Shown one piece after another: positions 1 through 8,753 of a DNA stretch of 64,000 nt. Each line of letters begins with the position of its first letter. Position 1 is the stretch's first letter. Below the pieces are notes generated by a model. The model searched no databases and was not told where the DNA came from. It was given only the letters and a program-made list of their open reading frames with translations. The stretch is from an uncultured bacterium (GTDB taxonomy: Bacteria > Actinomycetota > Acidimicrobiia > Spongiisociales > UBA5794): NCBI GenBank assembly GCA_963801165.1, contig CAWDDT010000009.1, positions 512,001 to 576,000 of the forward strand, given 5' to 3'. The translations under genes and the position numbers were made by a program.

Positions 1-210
1 TTCCTGATCTTTGCGCTGCAACGTCTGGACGTTTGGCCGGTGGACGACCTAGGGGTGCGCAAGGGCTATGCCAGGATCTTCGGTCTGGCGCAGACGCCGA
101 GTGCGCGCGACCTGGGTCCGCTCGGCGACCCATTCCGGCCGTACCGCACGGTGATGACGTTGTATTGCTGGCAGGATCTCGAGACGGTGCTACCGGGTGA
201 GGGCGGATGA
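1..210 (+). CDS. DNA-3-methyladenine glycosylase (AlkA/HhH-GPD family), 3' part only
   Basis: Frame +1 reads FLIFALQRLDVWPVDDLGVRKGY...FRPYRT...YCW, typical of the AlkA C-terminus; stop TGA at 208-210. Confidence 0.8.
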   Translation, partial: FLIFALQRLDVWPVDDLGVRKGYARIFGLAQTPSARDLGPLGDPFRPYRTVMTLYCWQDLETVLPGEGG

Positions 211-466
211 AGGCATGAATTGGCCGGGTCAAGTTGGAACGGAGGGTGAGAGCTCTTCCGGTCCTGCTATGCGGTGTTGCGAGAATTCGGGGTGCCCAGC
301 TGCGATGTGCGGAGCCGGTCAGGGACGAGCGCATCGGCGAGCACGGGCACGCCCCGAGCGCACGCGGAGTTGTATCGCTCCAGTTGCCCTGCGGAGGGTG
401 ACAGGCCCGATCCATTGACGTGCTCCCATCTGCGGACTAGGTTCTTCCTATGTTTTCCATCCGTAT

Positions 467-1096
467 GTGGTCAATGTCTACCAGGCCCAAACGCTCCATC
501 CTGAACGCTTTCTCACCACCGATATCGACTTCGATGCCGCCAAGGCTGCCGACGACGAGAGCGTCCAGACTGCTGCCGACGTCGTTGCCCACTTCCGCAC
601 CAGCGGGAAGCGCGTCGTCGTCCTCGGAATCTCGTTCGGTGCGGCACTCGTGCAGGATCTGCTCGCGATTCAAGGCAACGTCGCCGATCAATACGTGATC
701 ATCGTGGGGCGGCTCGACTCCCCTGACGACGCTTGGAAGCCATTCTCCGAGGGAAGAGCGACCGAATACGTCGATGGCACCGAGGTCATCGAGGTTCCGA
801 TCGAGCAGGCCGGCTTCGGGACTGGCACCCCGGAAGCCGAACGCAACATGGCTCGACTGATCGCCGGGTTCGACTTCAAGCGCTACACCGAGCTCCTGGC
901 GGATGTCGATCTGTCCAACGTGACATTCGGGTACGCCGAGACCGACGAATATGTTGGCCGCCTGACCGGGAAAGAGGTTGCCTTCCTCGACGCCGCGGGC
1001 GCGACGGTGGTCTCCGACCCGGGCGGACACGTCGACGCGATCTTCGCGCTCACCGGCCCCGCACTCGCTACCGCGCTGGGCGATTTGATCCCGTGA
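467..1096 (+). CDS. alpha/beta-hydrolase-fold hypothetical protein, possibly N-terminally truncated
   Basis: GISFG nucleophile-elbow motif and C-terminal GGH; starts abruptly, with an in-frame stop at 416-418. Confidence 0.55.
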   Translation: MVNVYQAQTLHPERFLTTDIDFDAAKAADDESVQTAADVVAHFRTSGKRVVVLGISFGAALVQDLLAIQGNVADQYVIIVGRLDSPDDAWKPFSEGRATEYVDGTEVIEVPIEQAGFGTGTPEAERNMARLIAGFDFKRYTELLADVDLSNVTFGYAETDEYVGRLTGKEVAFLDAAGATVVSDPGGHVDAIFALTGPALATALGDLIP

Positions 1097-1168
1097 TGCG
1101 CTGATCCATTTCGCCGTCTCACCTAGCTATGCCCCACGGGCTGTGTGGTCCGGGTAGGCTCCCAGGCC

Positions 1169-1696
1169 ATGACTTTTCCTGATCCGCCGCTGGCGGCCAC
1201 CGAACTGCAGATGCTCACGTCGTTCCTCGACTATCAACGGGCAGTGATCGTCGACAAGGTGTCGGGTCTCACCAAAGACCAGCTCAACACGCGACTGGAG
1301 CCGTCGGTGCTCACACTTGGCGGCATCGTCCACCACCTGGCCCTCGTCGAGAACTGGTGGTTCCACGACCGCTTCGCCGGTGAGGAGGCAGGGGAGCCCT
1401 GGGACAGTGCCCCGTTCGACGACGACCCCGACTGGGACTTTCACGCCGCAGCGACACTGGAGCCGCGGGTGATTCTCGACCGCTACCAAAGCCAGTGCGT
1501 GCGCAGCCGGGAGGTGGTCGCCGGGGCCGGGAGCCTCGATGAGACCTCGGCTCGCACCAGGAAGAACGGTGATCACTGGACGCTGCGCTGGATCCTGGTG
1601 CACATGATCGAGGAAACGGCCCGGCACGCCGGTCATGCCGACCTCATACGCGAGTCGATCGACGGGGAGACCGGAGACTTCCGTCCCGGGAACTGA
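1169..1696 (+). CDS. DinB/DUF664 family protein
   Basis: FLDYQR...TLGGIVHHLA.VE..W and LRWILVHMIEETARHAGHAD motifs. Confidence 0.9.
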   Translation: MTFPDPPLAATELQMLTSFLDYQRAVIVDKVSGLTKDQLNTRLEPSVLTLGGIVHHLALVENWWFHDRFAGEEAGEPWDSAPFDDDPDWDFHAAATLEPRVILDRYQSQCVRSREVVAGAGSLDETSARTRKNGDHWTLRWILVHMIEETARHAGHADLIRESIDGETGDFRPGN

Positions 1697-1702
1697 CGAT
1701 CT

Positions 1703-1939
1703 CTAGGAGAGAACGCGTTTCACCGCTTCGATCACTTCCTCTGGTTCGGCGTGGCGCCCGGTCTCTTTCTTGGAGTACACGAGCGCGTCGCCCACGATGA
1801 CTTCAAACACGCCGCCCCGTGAGGGGATCAGCACCAGTTCGCTGATGGCGTGCTCGAACTGGTTGAGGAGGGACCCTGCCATGCTCACGGCACGGCCTGT
1901 ATACCCTCAAACGGCGCAATATTCAATCGTCAGTCGCAT
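1703..1939 (-). CDS. Rdx (SelW/SelT/SelH) family selenoprotein with CxxU
   Basis: MRLTIEYCAV-TGA(1907-1909)-GYTGRAVSMAGSLL...LIPSRGGVFEV...SKKETGRH; in-frame UGA at the redox position, followed by a hairpin. Confidence 0.88.
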
Positions 1940-1985
1940 GCGCATACCGTAACGGCGCAGAAGGGCGACCGCCAAACGTCTGTGG

Positions 1986-2282
1986 TCAGATCGTGACCGG
2001 ATGGTCGGGGACGGCCCGCGACCAGAGCAGGAGCGATCGGCTCCGTCTCAGCCCGTTGATCCAGAAAGGGTCGTCGTCGATGATCGCTTCCGCGGCGGCT
2101 CGGTCCGGTACGTCCATGATCCACAGCGCTCCTACGGATGGACCGCCAGCCTTCTCTCGCAACGCCCCCGCCACGAGTATCTGCTCGGAATGCTCGGCGA
2201 GGAAGGCGTAGTGATTGCCGGTCTGCTCGTCCCTTATCCGGGCTGCTTCCGGGTCGTCCTCGAATCGGGCGATGAACAACAT
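1986..2282 (-). CDS. YciI family protein
   Basis: MLFIARFEDDP...H..FL...AGAL...DDDPFW pattern. Confidence 0.85.
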   Translation of the reverse strand: MLFIARFEDDPEAARIRDEQTGNHYAFLAEHSEQILVAGALREKAGGPSVGALWIMDVPDRAAAEAIIDDDPFWINGLRRSRSLLLWSRAVPDHPVTI

Positions 2283-2341
2283 GGCACCGATGCTACCTGC
2301 CGCCAGGCGGATATCGTTGCACCGCGCGGTAGCGTGCCGGG

Positions 2342-3094
2342 ATGATCGTGAACCCCTTTGCCAGCGATCCGGCCGCCCGCCGGTACGCAGCCGGCCGGCC
2401 GGATTGCTCGTCGCTGGTGGCGGGAGTGATCCGCGGGCTGACGCCGCGCACCCCGGTCCATCTGGCGTTGGACGTCGGTTGCGGAACCGGGATCTCGACG
2501 CGGGCTCTGGCTCCATTCGCCGAGCGGGTTGTCGGCATCGAACCGTCGGCGGGCATGCTTGCCCACGCGTCGAGCCCGGCCAACGGGTGGTTGGTTGCGG
2601 CGAAGGCGGAACAGATGCCGCTTCCCGACCGCTGCTGCGGGCTGATCGGGGTGGGTTCGGCGCTGCACTGGTTCGAGCAGGATCCCTTTCTTGCGGAGCT
2701 CGATCGGGTGGCGAGGGAGGATGCAGATCTCGTCATCTTCGACCATTGGTTCACCGGCACGATGCGTGGATGTCCGGAATTCGCCGACTGGTTTCGGAGC
2801 TACCTGGACCGCTACCCGTCGCCACCGCGCGACCGGTCCTGGTCGCCGCCCGGCGATCTCGGTAGCTGGTCGTTCGTCGGTTTGCAGCGCTATGACCATC
2901 CGGTTGCGATGACATCAGACCGGCTTGCCTGCTACCTGCTAAGCCAGAGCAACCTCCAGGTCATCGCCGATGGCGGCCAGAGTGATGAGGCCGAGCTCCG
3001 CCAATGGCTGCTGGAGGAACTGCGGATGTTCTTCGTGCAGGGGAGGAACTCGGTAGTCCAGTTCGGTGGGATGGTCGCTCACCTCGTCCGCTGA
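2342..3094 (+). CDS. class I SAM-dependent methyltransferase
   Basis: LDVGCGTG motif I and SALHWF. Confidence 0.9.
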   Translation: MIVNPFASDPAARRYAAGRPDCSSLVAGVIRGLTPRTPVHLALDVGCGTGISTRALAPFAERVVGIEPSAGMLAHASSPANGWLVAAKAEQMPLPDRCCGLIGVGSALHWFEQDPFLAELDRVAREDADLVIFDHWFTGTMRGCPEFADWFRSYLDRYPSPPRDRSWSPPGDLGSWSFVGLQRYDHPVAMTSDRLACYLLSQSNLQVIADGGQSDEAELRQWLLEELRMFFVQGRNSVVQFGGMVAHLVR

Positions 3095-3595
3095 CTACCA
3101 CCCGGCGGCGGATGCAAACCGGAGCAGCTCATCGACATGGGACCGCAGCAGACCAACCGTGGGGTCGGGGCAGATCAGAAGCGTACGTGTATTCCGCCCT
3201 GCCGCCCACGACGCCTCGGCCGTGGTCAGTTGATCATCGATCCAGGCCACCGGCCGATCGCCGACATAAGAGGCAACGTCCGGCAGCTTGTTGAGCCTCA
3301 TTCCCAGTTGTGGGCGCACTGTCAAGACGATGACCGGTATCGGCGGAATCCCCAGCAGCGGGCCGAGGAGACGCGGGGCGTCGTGTTGCCACCCCGTGGC
3401 CCAGACCAGCTCATAAGCCTCGGCAAGTTCGTGGATCCACCGGCGATGGTCGGGGTTCAGCCAGATGGTGTGGGTGATCCCGGCATGGTCGATAACGTCG
3501 TGGATCTCGAACTCGGCGGCCCGGGTGTCGTCAGGAATCGGTGCCAGGACACCGTCAACATCGAGTAGCAGTAGAGGCGGGGGCGGGTCGGTCAC
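3095..3595 (-). CDS. HAD-superfamily (HAD_SAK-like) protein
   Basis: LLLDVDGVL, LVWATGW and VAWIDD motifs; start uncertain (3595 or 3643). Confidence 0.8.
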   Translation of the reverse strand: MTDPPPPLLLLDVDGVLAPIPDDTRAAEFEIHDVIDHAGITHTIWLNPDHRRWIHELAEAYELVWATGWQHDAPRLLGPLLGIPPIPVIVLTVRPQLGMRLNKLPDVASYVGDRPVAWIDDQLTTAEASWAAGRNTRTLLICPDPTVGLLRSHVDELLRFASAAGW

Positions 3596-3655
3596 ATCGG
3601 GCAGGGTAACCGGCGTCCGGCCACCCCGTTTCTCGGCAACCACGGTGCGACAGTT

Positions 3656-4129
3656 CTAGTCGTCACCGGGCGCGGAGATATCCATGAGGTGACGCACCAC
3701 GGTGTCCGCGATGTCCCCGAGTTCGGCGAGCTGGGTCTCGCTGAGCAGGTCGATCATGTGCTCTCGCACTCCGGCGAAATGGAGGGGAGCTGCTTTGGCG
3801 ATCGCCGTCAGGCCCGGCCTGGTCAGGACGATCGCAGAGCCGCGCCCGTCCTCCGCCACCTCCTCCCGCTTGACCAGATGCCGGTCTTCCATACGCCGGA
3901 TCTGGTGCGAGAGACGGCTCTGGGACCACTGCATGCGTTCGGCCAGCTCTGTGGTCCGCCAGCGGCGATCGGCGGCTTCTACGAGATTCGACAGCACTGT
4001 GTAGTCGGCCATCGACAGGCCGGTGCGCTCGGTGAGCTCGGTGGCGAGCCTTCCTTCGAGCAGGGTGAACATGCGCCGGTAGCTGCGCCACGCCCGCTCC
4101 TCGAGTGGATCGAGCCATTGGGAGACCAT
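3656..4129 (-). CDS. MarR family transcriptional regulator
   Basis: WL...EERAWR, LAERMQWSQSRLSHQIRRME and DGRG wing. Confidence 0.92.
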   Translation of the reverse strand: MVSQWLDPLEERAWRSYRRMFTLLEGRLATELTERTGLSMADYTVLSNLVEAADRRWRTTELAERMQWSQSRLSHQIRRMEDRHLVKREEVAEDGRGSAIVLTRPGLTAIAKAAPLHFAGVREHMIDLLSETQLAELGDIADTVVRHLMDISAPGDD

Positions 4130-4152
4130 GGGCGCAACCTTACCAGAGCGAC

Positions 4153-4193
4153 ACTTGACGTGTCATGTAGTCAGAGTTAACATGACACATCAT
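4153..4193 (+). promoter_or_regulatory. sigma70-type promoter overlapping a palindromic putative MarR operator
   Basis: TTGACG(4155-4160)-17 bp-TAACAT(4178-4183); imperfect palindrome ACTTGACGTGTCATGT plus a related ACATGACACATCAT. Confidence 0.6.
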
Positions 4194-4254
4194 AAAAACT
4201 GAACTGCCGAATCTTCATCGTCTGCTGGTCGCTGGTGGCTTATCCGACCACCAA

Positions 4255-4875
4255 ATGTCCCGCCTGGCGCGTTTGTTCGCCGGATTGGCGCTCTTCGGAG
4301 TGAGCGTTGCGATGATGCTGGCCGCTGGTCTCGGTGTCGATTCATGGGACGTGTTCCACCAGGGCGTGGCGCAACACCTCGGGGTCGGTATCGGTGCGGT
4401 GATCGTTTGGGTCAGCATCGGGGTCCTTTTGCTATGGATACCGCTGCGGCAACGGCCCGGTATCGGCACCATCGCCAACGCGGTGGTGGTCGGTATCGTC
4501 GCTGATCTCGCGCTCCGCATGATCCCAACACCGGACGGTTTGGCGGTACGGTTCGTTTTGCTTGCGGTGGGGATCGTGGCAAATGGGGCCGCCACAGGTC
4601 TGTATATCGGGGCCGGGTTGGGTCCAGGCCCGCGCGATGGCCTGATGACCGGGCTCGCCGCCCGCACCGGCTACTCGATCCGTCGGGTCCGTACCGGCAT
4701 CGAGATCACCGTCCTCGCGGTGGGGGCTGGCCTGGGAGGCCCGATCGGGGTCGGCACCGTGGCCTATGCCCTGTCCATCGGCCCGATGACCCAGTTCTTC
4801 CTCGATCGATTCGTCATCCCCGCGGATCCTCGCCATGCCGCTCGTATCCGGGGCGTGGCAGGGGTGTGCCCATGA
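4255..4875 (+). CDS. YczE/YyaS/YitT family membrane protein
   Basis: LGVDSWDVFHQG, RPGIGTIAN and GPGPRDGLMTG motifs. Confidence 0.9.
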   Translation: MSRLARLFAGLALFGVSVAMMLAAGLGVDSWDVFHQGVAQHLGVGIGAVIVWVSIGVLLLWIPLRQRPGIGTIANAVVVGIVADLALRMIPTPDGLAVRFVLLAVGIVANGAATGLYIGAGLGPGPRDGLMTGLAARTGYSIRRVRTGIEITVLAVGAGLGGPIGVGTVAYALSIGPMTQFFLDRFVIPADPRHAARIRGVAGVCP

Positions 4876-5453
4876 GTCGGGTCAACGGCACCGTTTCAGT
4901 ACTCGCCGTCGCCGGCAGCCTTCGGCGCGGGTCGCACAACCGGGCCGTGCTCGAAGCCGCGGCGCAGATCGCGCCTGCCGGGGTCGAGGTCACCATCTTC
5001 GACCGGTTGGAGGCCGTTCCGGTCTTCAACGAGGATCTCGAGAACGCTCCCGACGACCAGTCAGGGGTGCTAAAACTGCGCCACACGATGGCCGCCGCCG
5101 ACGGGCTCCTCATCTCCACCCCCGAGTACAACCAGTCGGTCCCCGGCGTCCTCAAGAACATGATCGACTGGCTCTCCCGGGGCGCGCCTGACGAAGGGTT
5201 GCGCGGGAAACCGGTAGCCGTGACGGGTGCCACTACCGGCCCCTGGGGGACCCGCATCTCGCAAACGGTCCTCAGGCAGATGCTCCATTCCACTCAAGCC
5301 CTGGTGCTGCCCGCCCCGACGCTGTACATCGCACAAGTCGGTTTGCTCCTCGATGATGATGGGCGACTTGTCGACCAGGAGACGCTGGACCGCCTCGGGG
5401 ATCTGATGTCGTCGTTCGCCGCCTGGATCCGTCTGGTGCGCTCCGGACGTTGA
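4872..5453 (+). CDS. NADPH-dependent FMN reductase
   Basis: GSLRRGSHN and STPEYNQSVPGVLKNMIDWLSR. Confidence 0.92.
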   Translation: MSRVNGTVSVLAVAGSLRRGSHNRAVLEAAAQIAPAGVEVTIFDRLEAVPVFNEDLENAPDDQSGVLKLRHTMAAADGLLISTPEYNQSVPGVLKNMIDWLSRGAPDEGLRGKPVAVTGATTGPWGTRISQTVLRQMLHSTQALVLPAPTLYIAQVGLLLDDDGRLVDQETLDRLGDLMSSFAAWIRLVRSGR

Positions 5454-5491
5454 CGCGTCGGGATCGATCGTGGTGTGCCGGGCGTCGACGC

Positions 5492-5533
5492 TTGACAGCC
5501 ATATGCTATGCGTGCATAAAATAAGCGCGCATA
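5492..5533 (+). promoter_or_regulatory. promoter with tandem palindromic putative MarR operator sites
   Basis: TTGACA at 5492; palindromes TATGCGTGCATA (5507-5518) and TAAGCGCGCATA (5522-5533). Confidence 0.5.
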
Positions 5534-5560
5534 TCAATTTGGGTTGATAGGAGAGCGACT

Positions 5561-5992
5561 ATGTGGGCGAGAGAGTTCGAGGGAAGGTCGACGGCGGTCT
5601 GCGACCGGCTGCACGCCGTGCTTGCAGACGTGGAGCGCTGGTCGGAGTGGAACGAAGGCGTCGCTGCGGCCGTGGTCGGCCGCCCGTTCGAAGCAGGTGC
5701 CGACGGGGTGATGACGTTTCCCGACGGTGACCAGCTCCGCTTTCGCATCGTTGCCGTTGACCCGGGTCGTGGCTTCACCGACGAGACACCGATACCCGGT
5801 ACCGAAATGGTCGTGCGCGTGTTGCACCGCCTCGAGCCGCTCGACGGGCTCGGGACGCGGATCGTGTATCGCTGCGAGGTCGACGGCCCGGGGTCTGACG
5901 ATCTCGGCCCGGCGATAGGAGACCAGGTGACTGCCGACTTTCCTCAGGTGATCGCAGCGCTGGCGCGTCGTGCGGAGGAACCCGCCGCATGA
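5561..5992 (+). CDS. SRPBCC/polyketide cyclase family protein
   Basis: DVERWSEWN...GPAIG..V.ADFP pattern. Confidence 0.8.
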   Translation: MWAREFEGRSTAVCDRLHAVLADVERWSEWNEGVAAAVVGRPFEAGADGVMTFPDGDQLRFRIVAVDPGRGFTDETPIPGTEMVVRVLHRLEPLDGLGTRIVYRCEVDGPGSDDLGPAIGDQVTADFPQVIAALARRAEEPAA

Positions 5993-6423
5993 CGAGCCCA
6001 CTCGAGCCCGGCGACAGCCCGGGGTTTCTGCTCTGGCGGGTCGCCCTCAGCTGGCAACGGCTCATGAAGCAAACGCTGAGCCCGATGGGACTTACCCATG
6101 TGCAGTTTGTGCTTCTGGCGAGTGCGTGGTGGCTCGGCACGACCGGGCGACAACCGCCCACGCAACGAGAGCTCGCCGATCACGCAGGCACAGACCAGAT
6201 GATGACATCACAGGTGCTCCGATCGCTCGAAAGAAGCTCGCTCATCGAGCGGCGGACCGATCCGGACGACGCTCGCGTGCGCAGGGTGTCGGTCACCGGT
6301 ACGGGTGCAACGCTCGCCGAAAAGGCCGTCCGCATCGTGGAGGGTGCCGACTCTGAGTTCTTCTCGGGCGCGCTCGACGTTCAGCTACTCGACGCGCTCT
6401 GCCTGCTGTCACAGGGAACGTAG
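5989..6423 (+). CDS. MarR family transcriptional regulator
   Basis: SPGFLLWRV, LTHVQFVLLAS and D.MMTSQVLRSLE. Confidence 0.92.
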   Translation: MTSPLEPGDSPGFLLWRVALSWQRLMKQTLSPMGLTHVQFVLLASAWWLGTTGRQPPTQRELADHAGTDQMMTSQVLRSLERSSLIERRTDPDDARVRRVSVTGTGATLAEKAVRIVEGADSEFFSGALDVQLLDALCLLSQGT

Positions 6424-6472
6424 GGACTTTCGAGTCGATTGCGTGTCCTGCCGACGCGGTAGCCTCAGCGCA

Positions 6473-7306
6473 ATGAACGTGATTGGGTACGTACTCATCG
6501 ACGGCGAGCCGGTCGACCCGGCTGACGCCAAGATATCTATCTTCGACATTGCCCTGTTGCGGGGCTTCGGCTGTTTCGAGTCGCTCCGTTCCTACAACGG
6601 CGTCGCCTTCCGGCAGAAGCAGCACATCGACCGGTTGGAGCGGTCGGCCGAAGCGCTCAGGCTCGGGATTCCCCCACGGGAATCGATGGAACAGTGGGTC
6701 GCCGACCGAGCCTCGGAAGGTGACTGCACGGTGCGGGTTGTTGTCACCGGTGGCACCGACGAGAAGGGCAGTGGTGAGGGGTCACGGTTCATCGTCTTCG
6801 CCGAGGAGCTACAGCCCGTCGACCCGACCACGAGCCTTCTGCCGGTCGAGGCGCCATGGCATCCCGACGGCTCCCAATCGGAGCTCACCGGTGCTAAGAC
6901 CCTTTCGTACGGGCCGAACGTCGCTGCTCGCTTTCGCGCCAAGGCGGAGGGTTACGGCGATGCACTGCTGATCGGTCGCAGTGGTCATGTGCTCGAGGGC
7001 CCGACCAACACCGTTGCCTGGATCACGGCGGGGGTCTTCGAGACGCCGTCGCTCGACCTGGGCATTTTGGCTTCGGTCACCCGGCAAGCCGTCCTCGATG
7101 TGGCTTCCCAGCTCGGCATCCCGGTCGTTGAGGGTGCGTTTCTGTTGCAGCGGATGCTCGACGCCGACGAGGTGGTTGCACTATCGACGTTGCGCGAGGT
7201 GCAGCCGGTCATCCGCGTCGGCCCGATCGAGAAGGACGTCGGCCCGATCACGGGCCGGCTCAGCGCGGGTCTCCGGGATCTGATCCGGGAGGAGACCGGC
7301 CGGTGA
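6473..7306 (+). CDS. aminotransferase class IV (BCAT/ADC-lyase family)
   Basis: RGFGCFESLR, KTLSYG (PLP lysine), EGPTNT and ILASVTR. Confidence 0.9.
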   Translation: MNVIGYVLIDGEPVDPADAKISIFDIALLRGFGCFESLRSYNGVAFRQKQHIDRLERSAEALRLGIPPRESMEQWVADRASEGDCTVRVVVTGGTDEKGSGEGSRFIVFAEELQPVDPTTSLLPVEAPWHPDGSQSELTGAKTLSYGPNVAARFRAKAEGYGDALLIGRSGHVLEGPTNTVAWITAGVFETPSLDLGILASVTRQAVLDVASQLGIPVVEGAFLLQRMLDADEVVALSTLREVQPVIRVGPIEKDVGPITGRLSAGLRDLIREETGR

Positions 7307-7755
7307 GCGCGATTACCTATCTCGGCGTGCTCGGTGCCATTGAGGGCCTGTACCAGGCCGTGGTTACCGATCCGGAGGTCTGGGGTCCACAGGCATTTGC
7401 CGACTGGGCCAGCGAGACCCTCGTCGACGCCGGCGAGCTCCCCAAAGACGCGGTCAAGCAAATCCGGCGCAGCTTGCGGGCGGCCGAGAAGCTCCGGAGC
7501 TTCTGGGCGGACGGTCGCAGCGCCGTTTCCGACCATGACGACTGGAGAACCCGGGTGGACATCGCTCTCGGTGTTCGCGCCTGGCGGCCTCTTCTAGATC
7601 TGGCCCGGATCGGGCTCGAGGACTCGCCGGATCCGGAGCTCTACGAGCAGGTGAAGGAGCGATTCGCCGTGGTGACCTCCGACAGGTGGATGGAGGACGT
7701 CAGCTTTGAGCAATGGCGGGCTAGCGCAAAGCCGTCATTTCCTGAGCTGCGATAG
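7303..7755 (+). CDS. hypothetical protein
   Basis: GTGA overlap with the upstream gene; coding-like codon usage. Confidence 0.65.
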   Translation: MSAITYLGVLGAIEGLYQAVVTDPEVWGPQAFADWASETLVDAGELPKDAVKQIRRSLRAAEKLRSFWADGRSAVSDHDDWRTRVDIALGVRAWRPLLDLARIGLEDSPDPELYEQVKERFAVVTSDRWMEDVSFEQWRASAKPSFPELR

Positions 7756-7783
7756 AATGGGTCGTGAGTTCCAGGCAGGTGTC

Positions 7784-8311
7784 GTGAGTTTCAAGCAGGT
7801 GTTGATCGTCGGTGTAGCGCTCGTCTCGATCGCCGCGTGCTCGCACGGTGACGATACCGGGGAATCCTCGACGACGGTCCCGGCATCGATCACGACCCTC
7901 GCCCAAACTTCGTCGCCGGCGGGTACCGCAACCGACCAGACCACGTCCAGCACGACCACGACCTCGACGGTCGACCTCGCTCTGTCCTTTCCCAAGTACA
8001 GCATCATCAGCCGGGAGTCATCGGACAACGGCGATATTGTCGTTGTCTTGCTCGACCAGTCCAGCTATGAGTCGCTTTCGGACATCGACGTGCACAACGT
8101 GATCTCTGATCTGGTCGAGCAGTTCGCCCCGGTGTATGAGGCGTACATCGTCGAGACGCAGGCCGCCGCTGATGCCCTGTTTGTCGAGGATCCAACCGAC
8201 GCGGAGAAGACTGCGCTGAACAACGGCTACGTCGCCAAGCTCGAGGAAGGGTTCCGCATCGTCTACCAGGGACCGCTCAAGGCTGAAGGCGTCGCCATCC
8301 TGGGGTCGTGA
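7784..8311 (+). CDS. putative lipoprotein with Ser/Thr-rich linker
   Basis: Hydrophobic signal peptide, lipobox IAAC and a Thr-rich stretch; start uncertain (7757 or 7784). Confidence 0.65.
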   Translation: MSFKQVLIVGVALVSIAACSHGDDTGESSTTVPASITTLAQTSSPAGTATDQTTSSTTTTSTVDLALSFPKYSIISRESSDNGDIVVVLLDQSSYESLSDIDVHNVISDLVEQFAPVYEAYIVETQAAADALFVEDPTDAEKTALNNGYVAKLEEGFRIVYQGPLKAEGVAILGS

Positions 8312-8387
8312 TCGGCCGGAGCCTCCGGTCGTTTCTCTAGAAGCTGCCCTTCATTTGTGGGGCGAACTGCAACGGCGGTCTCCGCTC

Positions 8388-8693
8388 GTCCTTCCCCCCT
8401 CGGACGGCCCAGAGGCCGTCCGATCCCGAAATGGGGGGATAGCTGCTTTTTCTCCAGCTGGCCGACACAGTGAATGACGATCGTCCCGAGGCCCAGAGGC
8501 CGTCCGATCCCCCCGAAATGGGGGGATAGCTGCTCTTTCTCCAGCTGGCCGACACAGTGAATGACGATCGTCCCGAGGCCCAGAGGCCGTCCGATCCCCC
8601 CGAAATGGGGGGATAGCTGCTCTTTCTCCAGCTAGCCGACACGGTGGATACCGATCGTTCCCCCCGAAATGGGGGGATCGCTGCTTGCGCCCA
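8388..8693. repeat. tandem array of a structured ~87-bp REP-like unit (about 3 copies plus a partial copy)
   Basis: Units start at 8406, 8490 and 8577; core hairpin ATCCCCCC-GAAAT-GGGGGGAT; lies between convergent genes. Confidence 0.9.
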
Positions 8694-8753
8694 ACCAACA
8701 GAAGGTGTGATCGCTCGATACGTCGGAGAAGGCCGTTGCGTCTCGCTGCTTGC

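Noticed and set aside
4872-5453. FMN reductase as the halogenase partner
   Set aside because: It lies about 9 kb away in its own MarR-YczE unit, so there is no positional support.
8406-8693. CRISPR array
   Set aside because: The sequences between the palindromes are near-identical rather than unique spacers, the period is 87 bp, and there are no cas genes.
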